This document shows positions 54,278 to 64,000 of a DNA stretch of 64,000 nt, piece after piece. The notes under the pieces are model-generated. The model saw only the letters and a program-made list of their open reading frames with translations. It had not been told where the DNA came from and ran no database searches. The DNA comes from Macrostomum lignano (taxonomy: Eukaryota): the NCBI GenBank assembly GCA_002269645.1, contig NIVC01000093.1, forward strand, positions 744,001 through 808,000, written 5' to 3'. The position numbers and the translations under genes are program-made. Each line of letters starts with the position of its first letter. Position 1 is the stretch's first letter.

Positions 54278-54546
54278 TCATCCATTGGGTCAGCAACATC
54301 GAGGCGTTCTTCAAATAAACCAAATCTACGATATGAGACTGCATAATCGCACGAGAACACCTGCGCAGGATAGTGCATAAACAATGTGCCAAGAGTGCCG
54401 CTAGTGAAACCGTACTTAAAGTGCCGATACTCATCTTCTCTCAACTGGCTGGCGTATTTGAAATTTCTAGCCAGACTATAACTGGTGATATGTAGCAGCA
54501 GAAGCAGACGACAGGCTTGGTTAAATAAAGACCAAAACGCTTTCAT
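54278..54546 (-). CDS. Probable first exon (signal peptide) of the EGF-TSP1 membrane protein
   Basis: ATG followed by a hydrophobic leader (MKAFWSLFNQACRLLLLLHITSYSLA) and a GTAAG donor at 54277. It ends in phase 2 while the 51947 exon needs phase 1, so a small exon is missing or the link is wrong. Confidence 0.5.
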
Positions 54547-54652
54547 AACAAAAAAGTTGTACTAAGCAGACTTGACTTAAGATTTCTTTGTAATTTGTTA
54601 GTCATTTGTCAATAGTAGATCGTTTTGTTATTATAAAGCTAGGCTCACTTTG

Positions 54653-54764
54653 GCCATAGACTATGTATACGTATAATTTCCGCACACACACACACACAGA
54701 ACAAACACACACACAAGATAAGCACACTTTAGCCTCGCTGGCGAGCTCTTGCATAGTCTATGGC
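54653..54764. repeat. 13-bp inverted repeat GCCATAGACTATG / CATAGTCTATGGC around a (CA)n tract; possible tiny MITE
   Basis: Perfect arms at 54653-54665 and 54752-54764, plus a partial third arm near 54806. Confidence 0.6.
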
Positions 54765-55869
54765 TTGTGGAGGAAAACCGCACGCTGGGAAAAGTCTAGC
54801 GATTTGTCTATGGCTAAAGCTTACGTCAACTTGTTCATGGAGTTATGCAATTAGACGCTAATTATAGAACTCCTAGAAAAGTTTTGTGACAATTGATAAA
54901 TCTGCTGCTGGATAGAGTTACAGAGACTGTTGTGCTTGTGCCCCGCGGGTACACTTGCACTGATAAGCAATCAAACTAGCTCTCGGTCAGGCGCAGGGCC
55001 TCAACCCACTCGGCATATGTGCTTACGTCAACCCCCTGGCCCCTGCACCCTGGCACCCTCACTCTTTTCTTTTTGCCCCAACCCTCTGCGTGCCCCAATT
55101 CTAATTGGCTACTAATTGGCTAATTTTAGCTAAGTAGATTGGCTAAGTAGATTTGTCCTCACATACTCTACCTTTGCTTGTTCTCTGGCCTCTGAGCTTT
55201 AAAATAGTGTTGAAAAAGTGTTGAAAAGTGTAATAAAGTTATGGTATCGATTTGTCACTTTTGTAGCCAATCGTTGACGACTTAAGTGTACGAGCGTACG
55301 AGCGTATATTTACAGAACGATAAGAATAATAAACTAATGCAGGCCTATATAAAGACAGTAAGTAGCAGTCAGGAGAGAGAGTGCCATTGTTTGATACGCC
55401 TCAACTGAATCCACATATACTATTAGAATAACTATAAGTATACTCACGCTTTGTGGGACAATGTACTGTGCATGTACATTGAGTTAAAATTAGCTGCAGA
55501 GTGTTCCGAGCATCCGAATGAAGCGAGGAGGCGCTGCCGCCCATTTCGCTAACCCCTGGCGACCACAGGCAGCTAGTACTGCGGTGTCGCGCAGGGAGAT
55601 CCGGTGGTGCCGGTGTCCGCAGCGCGGTCCCCCTTCGGAGAGTCCAGGAGGTGGATTATCGCTCGCCCAGTAGCCCTTAGGTTGCGTACTGGGAGTTGCT
55701 GTGGTTGCGAACCTTGGCGGTGTCAAACCAGTGCGGATAGTGTTCCGTGCAGGTTTCCGGCCCTTCCACGACCGCCAGTTGCCGCAGCTTTCGCGGTTTC
55801 CCCCCTGACGGGTTTTACGTCCTCAGAGGGGTCGTGACGAACAGGAGCTTCTTTTCCTGAGCATTTCAG

Positions 55870-56420
55870 CTCGGCAGAGCCCCCGCTCGTCCGGGGCGTT
55901 GGGCGGGTGGTGTCAGACTCAAAGCTAAAGATCGCATCCAGCTATCCGACAGTCCAAGGATGGCCGTGAGACCGTCTCCGCCCGGCTTGGAGATGGTCTC
56001 GTGAGCCACGATGCCATTTGCCGGCAGGTCTAGATTGGTTTCCAGGCAGCGCAGCTCGTTGATGATCGAACTGCAAGCCGGAATCCAGGTATGGTGCCGA
56101 TGTGTCCGGGTCGCTCGTCCTCTCTATGGATAAACTGGTCACTCAACTCTACACCCAGTCGAGGGCTTTCAGCATGTCGAGGAGCTGCTGCCCAGACTGG
56201 CTGTCGGCGGGTTGGATGTGGAGGGACTGGTCCTTGACTTTCGAGGATTTGGAGCACATCGCTGCTCAAGGTTATCTTGACCAGGTGGGAGTCCAACCAG
56301 CTGCGCTAAATCTGGTCCAGCTGTTCGGCCAGAAGAGGCGTCCCCTGACCTTGAATGATCAGAAGCTCTGCGTCAGAAGCTTTGGCAGCGGCACCGGACG
56401 ACAGGACTCAGTGAGGAATT
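55870..56420 (-). pseudogene. Degenerate non-LTR retrotransposon ORF1-like remnant (DUF4780-like)
   Basis: Frameshifted peptides ELLIIQGQGTPLLAEQLDQI, LLDMLKALDW and IINELRCLETNLDL...GLTAILGLSDSWMRSL recall R1/LOA-type ORF1. Recognised from memory of the motif only. Confidence 0.35.
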
Positions 56421-57720
56421 GCTGAAATTTTTGGCACTCATCTGGGCAAAGGGTTAGATTATTGCGTTAGGGTTACGATTCGGGTTTATCCATAGAAGAA
56501 TCGCTCTGTCAACTACAAAGCTTTTGGGGCAATTGCGAACGTATCAATGCTCATGGGGGAAATTGCTAAAATTGTAAGACTCAAGACTCGTGTGGAATTT
56601 CTGAGATGTCAGTTGGACTGGTTTGTGCGGCGCCAGCGCACAAACCGGCTTTAGTGCCCAGCGCGTTGATTTGTACATCGCCGCCTGCCCCCCTCCCTTT
56701 GGGTGGCAGGGGGTGTTTTTAACCCCCCGTCGCGCTCTACTGGCGGCTCACTTTGCCTTCTCGCAGTGAAGTTTTTTGACTAAGAAATAAAAATTTTGCT
56801 GTGTCATGAACCGCTCCTGTAGCCAGTCAGCCGATTCCGTCCCCGTCACAAAGCAAAACTACGAGCTGACAAACGTTCAGGCCATTCTGCGAGCTACAGG
56901 GCGGAACTCGGCGGTAGCGAGCAGCGGGGGCAGCTCCTCAAATCGGCGACAGGTCGAGAACGGTGGGTCTGGACGAACAGCTGCTAGAGGCGGAGAAGAG
57001 GATGGATCTGATCTCTGGAATCCGAATTCGCGCAGCTACGGGTCGGCCTTTCTGAGGCACGTGATCTGCCCGGTGAGTTGCTAAATTGTCTTACTGGAGG
57101 TGTGCAGCATGAAGTTGGGCAGCAGCACCAGAACATGGGAGCGTGAGGGAGGAGTAGAGTCTACCGAATCGTTGACTTCGTCAGCAAGCGCAAGCAGTGT
57201 CTCCTAGGCCAGAGTAAGTCTAAAGAAGTGGCAGTCGAGGCGCTGTCGTTAGGTGACTGGGTGACGGGCAATGCGCAGGCGATGCTCCAGATGCTGACTG
57301 ACGGGCGCCTAGTCAGACTGGATCAGCATGGTCGATTGGATGTGGCGGAGTTCAGAAACTATCTCAGGTACACCGCACGCACGCATTGGCGAGTTGTTGG
57401 ACCTGGGCTTCGACAAGAGCCGTGTCATGAGATTTGATGACGAGTGCCGGTTCAGCCAAGCGTCTGATAGCAAATGAGAGTCGCACAGCTCGGACCTGAG
57501 TCTGGTTGCGGCGTACCTCATGGCTCCCCAGAAGCAGCAATCGGGGGGTGGTGCCCAGAAGCGCCATCAACTGGTTTGCTTCGACTACAACAGGATACGC
57601 GGGTGCAAGAGCTGTCGGTTCCTGCATCGCTGCCGAAGATGCGGCCTGGCGCACTCTGAGGCAGCCTTCCACCGCGATGAATCGAGCGGTGAGGAGAAAC
57701 TGCAACACTGACTCGATCAT

Positions 57721-59246
57721 AGCGCGAATTTTATTCCTCCTGTTTTATCCTCTGATCTCAATCTGCCCGAGTGGCAGGCGGAGTTGTCCAAGCTGGATCT
57801 CCCGCCCGGTCGGATGGCTGTTATCCTTGATGGCGTTGCTAGTGGCTTTCGCATCACCAATCGTCAGATGCGTGGCAACGAGCTGGTTGAGGTGGAAAAC
57901 TACTCATCGGTTTTTAAGCATCAAGACAGGGTCGCACGTCAGATTGCTAATGAGCTTCGTCTCAGTCGTTATCGTCTCTGCGCTGCTGGTGACAAACCTC
58001 GCATAGTCAGCGCCCTTGGTGCGCTGCCGAAGTCTAACGGTGGCGTTCGCTTAATCCATGAATGTAGCCGGCCGCAAGGGAAGTCTGTCAATTCCGCTTA
58101 CGAGAGCGAGCAGAGAATGCGTTTTACCTGTGTCCAAAACTTCGCTAAGAGGCTTAAGGAGAATTAATTTATGTGCAAGGTCGATCTCAGCGAAGCCTAT
58201 CGTTCATTTGGGATCCATCCTGAAGACCACAAGTTTACCGGTTTGAAGTTTCGGCTAGGTAGCGATGCTTCCAACACCTACATAGTGGACACGCGTCTGC
58301 CATTTGGTGCTGCTGCTTCCGTCACGGCTTTTTATCATCTCAGCGAGGCGGTCAAGTTGATGATGGTGCACCGCGGCTTCGTCAAGACTGAGGCCTATCT
58401 GGACGATTTTGCCTTTTGCGGCTCGCAAAACGAGTGCGAGGCCTTCTTCAATGTGTTGACGTCGCTGATGACCAGACTGGGCTTCACCGTGAATTGGACG
58501 AAGTGTCAGCGGCTTTCGCAAAGGATGACGTTTCTCGGTGTGGAGCTCGACACCGTCAAGGGCCTAAAGCGGCTTTCAGACGAAAAAGTGGAGAAAATTT
58601 TAGAGCAAACTAGACGATGCTGCTGCCACGGATCGCATCAGCAAGCAAAGTTTACAGCAGATCATCGGCAGGCTGGTGTGGGCTTCGCAGGTGATCGAAT
58701 GCGGTCGGCCCTTCCTGCAGGACCTGATTTCGCGCTCTAACAGCTTGACCGTTGGTCAGCAAGATGAGGTGGATGCGGTCCTGCGTAGCCAGCTGCGCTG
58801 GTGGAAGTCTGCTCTGCTAGCTCAAAGGTGGAAGACAACTCTGGTTCAATAGCGATTTAGATGCCGCGATCGAGTCGGACGCCTGCCTGGTGGGCGGCGC
58901 AGCCGCGCTGCGGTTGCCGGGGGGCGTGAGTGACTGGCGCTACGTTAATTGGAATCTCGACGCGGATGCTGTTTTTCGGGATCTGCCAATCAATTACAAG
59001 GAGGCTGCGATACCTCTGATGGCGTTGCTGTCGTGGCGGGACCGCCTGCACAACTGTCGGCTGTGCATCTACTGCGAAAATATGGCAGCGTGCTGTATTA
59101 TCAACAATGTGGTCTCCAAGTGCCCTCTGGTGAAGAGGCTGTTGCAGACAGCTTTGCATTCGTCAGAACATTCAGCTGCGTGCTTACGAGTACCACGTGC
59201 CAGGGCCATTTCAAACTTTTGCCGACGCCGCGTCTCGGTTGCATGA
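57721..59246 (+). pseudogene. Ngaro/DIRS reverse transcriptase-RNase H, disrupted
   Basis: In-frame TAA at 58165-58167 and frameshifts after about 58640; RNase H motifs INYKEAA, IYCEN and NFADAASRL. Confidence 0.88.
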
Positions 59247-59364
59247 GGGCAGTCAGTTGTTGAATTTTTTGCTGCGCTATTATGATTCATTGATGCGTCC
59301 CACTAATTGCTCGCTTGCCCGGCACACGCTTTCTGCTGCCACATCCGCTTTTCTCTGTTTTCAG

Positions 59365-60353
59365 GTCGCCAGACTGCGCCAGACCACCTCAGCCACCGAG
59401 CCCGTGAGCTACTAGGTTCCTCCTACGCGGCCCGCTCGAAAAGCGCCATCAGCTCACACGTGCGGTCCTGGCGCGCGTACTGCTCAGCCAAGGGACTCGA
59501 CCCCGCCGGGTGTACTGTGTCCACGCTGCTAAACTACCTGGCTGGCCTCACACACACGCGCCTGCGAGCCTACAGTAGCGTTCGCAGTCACGTAAGCTCG
59601 CTCTCACTGTGGTTTCGGCTGAACGGCGATCAGGACCTGACGAAGCACACCCTCACCCAGCATCTGCTGCGGGGCTGCAAGCGAGCGCTAGGGCTTCAGA
59701 TTAACCAGAAGCTACCGATGTCTCCATCGGTGCTGCAAAAGCTTTGGTCTCTGATTGACAAGGGCGACAATCGGCAACTGGCCTGCTGGGCGGTCACCAT
59801 CACTGCCTGGTGGGGAATGCTGCGAAAATTGTCACTCCTTCGGTCGACGCCTCAGTTGGGTAGTGGGATGAAGGTGCAAAATCTGGCACCTCACCGTTGC
59901 GGCCTCCTCTCAAGCGTGGACTTTGGCAAGACTATTCAGTTCTGGGATCGGGTCCACCGCGTCCTGCTTCCGAAGTTCCCCGTCTTCCCCGCGCTCTGCC
60001 CGGTAGTGGCGATTCGCCGACATCTGTGTGTCAACAAGCTGGCGATGGCCGAGGCGCCACTCTGGTCCTTCATCGATCGTAATGGACAGCGGCGGCATCT
60101 AGCTGCTCGGGACTTGGACCGGTTTCTTGACTCTAAGCTGCAGAGGGCTGGGTGTGGCGGCAAGCTCTACTCGGCTCACAGCCTGCAACGAGATGGGGCC
60201 ACCTGGGCAGCTCGCATGGGCCTGCCGGTGGCGGAGATCCAGCGGATCGGCGACTGGAAGAGTTCGGCGGTGGAGCGCTACTTGCCCCACTCGTGTGTTG
60301 CCAATGCTGCGGCCTATCTGCGTTTCTCTTCCGCCCTTAGTGCTCATTTTTGA
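59365..60353 (+). CDS. Tyrosine recombinase of the YR retrotransposon; open frame, probably inactive
   Basis: N-terminal core-binding region, then MLRK (R), GKT (K), HSLQRDG (H-x-x-R changed to H-x-x-Q), GDW and RYL (Y). No ATG until 59718. Confidence 0.88.
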
Positions 60354-61079
60354 CTTTGGTCTTCCCGCAGGTTTGTTGTTTGCTCAGTGCCTAACTGCTG
60401 GTCTTAGCCCCCGTTGTGTTTGGCTTTGAAGGCCTGCTTCGTTTCTGTGCCAAGTTCGCGTTGTTGTGAATTCGTAACTTAATGTATTTGCCCCTACTGT
60501 AGTCTCTCAAAGCGCACAAACCGGCTTTAGTGCCCAGCGCGTTGATTTGTACATCGCCGCCTGCCCCCTCCCTGTGGGTGGCAGGGGGTGTTTTTAACAA
60601 GGACTACTTTAGTAGAAGGACGCAAGACTCAGAATTGGTGAAAAATTTCATTGGAGGCCGATTTTTCAATGTATCTCCTGTGCACGCTATTGATCGTAAG
60701 ATGCTTATTTTCTCGCAGAATAGACAGTAACATATGCTCTTTCAGTTAAGACATCAATAAGTTCAAATAAGCTCAAAATATCAAAAGTATAGTCCTATAA
60801 ATAAAAAAATATTCATCTAAAATTGCTGATTTTATTATGTCAAAACAAACAAGAAAAAACGTCAAAAGAGACGAAACTGCAAACTGACAAGGCAGTAGAA
60901 GGGGGAAAAAGAGTTAGGACATCAATAAGTTGAATAACTCGGAATTAAGAGTTCAAAATATTTTTCAAAAGTACAGTATCCGTCTAAAAGTGCTGGTCTT
61001 ACGTGGGAACTAAGTTCTGACCCCCACCAAGATCCCATAATTACACAAAGCGTTGAAAATTGATGTTCTAACACAATAA

Positions 61080-61430
61080 TACGAGGGATACTCTAAAAGT
61101 TTTGCAATTCGACTACTTAAAGTTACTCCTGCCAAATTTCTCTCTATTACAATCCTTCAAAGTTCAAAGTAGGCTCCCGGAACTGCAAACACTTGTGCGC
61201 TCGACCAAGCCACTTGTTCATGAGGCCCTGGAACTCTTCAATTGGGATGCTATCAATCGCCTCATTTGCCGCCTGCTCCAGCTCCTCGTCGGACTGAAAC
61301 CCGACTGAAACTGAAAGAGCCAGAGATCGCAGGGGGCAAGGTCTGGTGAGTAGAGCGGGTGTGGTAGCATTGCAGCAGCTTGTGTGTTGGCGGGGACGTT
61401 GTCACGGTGAAGCTTCTGCCCTCGCATTTC
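61080..61430 (-). mobile_element. Truncated, decayed mariner (3' end plus one TIR)
   Basis: Peptides HRDNVPA, LPHPLYSPDLAPCDLWLF and, in a shifted frame, GFQSDEELEQAANEAIDSIP...KWLGRAHKC; TA-CGAGGG terminus at 61080. Confidence 0.85.
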
Positions 61431-62411
61431 AATCCTTGGCGCACTCTGAGTGTACCTGTTGCATAGTTTCCTTTGCTATTAGGAATGCAACCTTTTTTTG
61501 GCATTTAGCTTAGGACTAAAAAGACAAATCGTGTTACTCGTAAGTCTGCTTTAAGCCAAATATAGATTGAAGTTCGGCCGGAAGAGGCGTCTCCTGACCT
61601 TGAATGATCAGAAGCTCGGCGTCAGAAGCTTTGGCAGCGGCACCGGACGACAGGACTCAGTGAGGAATTGCTGAAATTTTTAGGCTCTCATCTGGGTAAG
61701 GGTTAGATTATTGCGTTAGGGTTACGGTTCGGGTTTATCCATAGAAGAATCGCTCTTTCTGTTGTGTATTGCAAAGGCATGCAATGCGGGGACAGGGTTT
61801 CTAGAAACTTCCACAGCAGGACTTGTTTACGCATTGTTCCAGAAGTTTCCTCTCCCGGTCTTTCTAGAACTTTCCTTCCCCGCGTGCATAAATATACGAG
61901 CCGCCCTCCTATTGGCCAAACCCTCTTTTAGTGACTCAAAAAATTGGTGCGGCTGGGGAGCGGCTACAGAAATGTCAGTCTTTTGGTGCCACTGAGCGCC
62001 CGGATAATTATCTATCTTGTTTCTGCGTTCGTTAATTTAACAACAGAACAACAGAACAAAGCTTTTGGAGCATTTGCGAACGTATCAATGCTCATGGGGG
62101 AAATTGCTAAAATTGTGAGACTCAAGACTCGCGTGGAATTTCTGAGATGTCAAGACTCATATACGGGAATTGCTGCAATGCTGTTGCTCATGGGGAAAAT
62201 TTCTGAACTGTCAAGGTACACCCTGGCACACGTCCACTATATAATGACGGAGTCACATTTGATTACAGCAATTTTTTAGGCATTTCTCAAATGATTTTAC
62301 TGAGCACTACATTGAGTTTTAAATTTTGTATTTTGCTGTTAGATATGGGATTAGCATTTTGGGTCAAGTCCAATCTAGTCAGTTGCTTTTCGCTGTTCAG
62401 TCCAGATCAGA

Positions 62412-62767
62412 TCAGGCCTGGGTTTCCGGCACCTCAACAATCAAATCAAATATTTCCATTGCAATGTGGCCGCCGCACTTTTGCCCCCACTCGGCATTCT
62501 TGCATTGCTGATTACAATATTTTTTATCTAATTTCATATCTTCAGGTAAGAGTATTTTATTGCCACAGAAGCATCGGTCGCCGTTTGCTAGACCAAAATA
62601 TTTGTATGACCACTTCATGCACGCTGTGGCACAGGTTTCTTGGTTCATCATTCTGAAATTGTACATCAATTTATGGCGCAGCAAGACTTCATCACCTGGC
62701 CAATAATAGCATCCTTTTGAAGGCGCTGAAAGAACGGCAGAAGTGCGACTCGGTGTATTTTTGACAG
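62412..62767 (-). CDS. WSC (carbohydrate-binding) domain protein, terminal exon
   Basis: KGCYY...MNQETCATAC...YKYFGLANGDRCFCGN...YCNQQC...KCGGHIAMEIF matches the WSC Cys pattern. The acceptor is at 62768 or 62726; upstream exons are unresolved. Confidence 0.8.
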
Positions 62768-63289
62768 CTGATGAAGCAAACATGTTTCGTAAAAACAGCC
62801 ATTCACTCACCTGGCACTACTGGAAAGACAGCACTAGCTGGCACTGTAAATACAGAAAGGCGGGAAACATTATGAAAGTGAGGCGCTGCCGGAGTGTGAG
62901 AAAGGTTAAAAGGGGATCAACACGAGAGAGAGACCTGAGGTACCTGATGAAGCGCACAGGTGCACAACAGACACAACTACAGGACACGTCAATCAGCGAG
63001 TGATCAAAATGTCATTTCATCAAAGACCAAATTAAGATACATCCTATCGCTAAAGTCGCTAAAGAAAGCTTGCTCTGAAAATGCACACCGATTTAACCTT
63101 GGCGATCTTTATAAGTGTAGGGAATGAGTAGCTGCAGTCTGTATTTGGTATTGAAGTGGAAACTCTGTTATGGCTTGCAGCAGAGTAGGAGCGTAAATAC
63201 TCAAAAATAAAGCTCCAAGTCAATGAAAAATTTCCTCAATACTACGAGCGTAAAAATGGGTTTTCGGTACGCTCGGTTAGAGTACGTAG

Positions 63290-63400
63290 TTATGTGATTA
63301 ATTTCAGAAATAAACTGCTCAACTGATTTTCATCAAACTTGGCAACCGTTCGATCAAAAAATTTTCCGTTGGCGGTCACATGCGTCGCGGCAAAGAAATT
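63290..63400 (+). mobile_element. Second copy of the HINE-like core seen at 44270-44410
   Basis: ATTTCAGAAATAAACTGCTCAACTGATTTTCATCAAACTTGGCAACCGTTCGATCAAAAAATTTTCC. Confidence 0.5.
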
Positions 63401-64000
63401 GCTCAATGCTAGGGGCGATTAATATTCGAAAAACTGGCTTAGACTTGAACAGACTGAGCTGCTATAGCCAGCGATCTATTGGTTCGAATCGAACTTGCGG
63501 ATGCGGATATCTTAAGCTAGCTGACTTGGCTTTCAGGGCTTGATGCTATTTTTCTTTAAGCCTCATTTTTTTGAGAATACTAACAATAGCGACTGTACAG
63601 GGTCAAAACCTGCAGGTAGTTTATTCATTTTTATTCCTTTCTCTGTTGCCACCCCAACTGTTGCCACCCTAATGACTAGCGGATTGCTAGGCATAATTCT
63701 TAAGGCATTATTTCTTACGAAAATAATAATAAAAACCATGCTAATTTAGAATACAAAGGCTTTACCTCCAAAGACACCTGGAACGGCAGCGAGAAGGATC
63801 AAGGCGAGAGTTGAGAACAGCATGATTGCTTTTTTGCTCCAAGAATTGGTTTTACTATAGACTTCTCTGTGATCGTCGAAAACTTGATTTGGCAGCCTGG
63901 AGCCTTTTTCTTTCTTTTATAGAGTTTATTTGAATTTAAATTCTTGAAAGGAAATTTTTGCCTCGTGGCACATTTTTCTGTCGACTCAATGCTACGAAGA

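Larger units (their letters stand above)
56612..60598 (+). mobile_element. Tyrosine-recombinase retrotransposon (Ngaro/DIRS group), degenerate
   Basis: gag remnant with a C/H finger (CFDYNRIRGCKSCRFLHRCRRCGLAH), then RT (LGALPKSNGGVRLIHECSRP, KVDLSEAYR, DTRLPFG, YLDDF; one stop), RNase H and YR. An 88/89-bp direct repeat lies at 56635-56723 and 60511-60598. Confidence 0.92.
56323..62151 (+). repeat. Local duplication: 56323-56611 repeated at 61572-62151; the second copy carries a ~290-bp insertion
   Basis: Near-identical from GTTCGGCC.GAAGAGGCGTC to TTTCTGAGATGTCA; extra block at about 61757-62050. Confidence 0.9.

Noticed and set aside
54900-55270. Solo LTR
   Set aside because: LTR-like composition, but no second copy, clear TG...CA ends or TSD could be shown.

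Overview
Eukaryotic, intron-containing animal DNA: GC-rich exons in AT-rich, minisatellite-filled introns. The style suggests a free-living flatworm such as Macrostomum; this is inference only. Left to right: a 7.4-kb (TTAG)n array; the 3' exons of a PRC1/MAP65-Ase1 gene (+); SAR1 (-); an intact DD34D mariner; a GCK-III Ste20 kinase (-), possibly with downstream membrane-segment exons; SOD1 (-); GPI (-); a single-pass membrane protein with an unrecognised N-terminal domain, 4 EGF modules and a TSP1 module (-); SINE, LINE and Ty3/Gypsy debris; a decayed Ngaro/DIRS-type tyrosine-recombinase (YR) retrotransposon; a truncated mariner; and a WSC-domain gene end (-). Most long ORFs in the track are tandem-repeat artefacts. 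Best leads: (1) splice signals predicting a gag-YR fusion mRNA in the YR retroelement, which also has atypical ends; (2) a 7-copy array amplifying an exon end and 5' splice site, able to yield micro-exons; (3) a kinase stop codon overlapping a splice donor that phases into transmembrane-coding exons; (4) a SINE family with different tRNA heads and a shared hairpin core; (5) a near one-satellite-per-intron architecture. Exon models were built by hand from GT-AG signals and phase arithmetic. Family calls rest on remembered motifs; no database searches were run.
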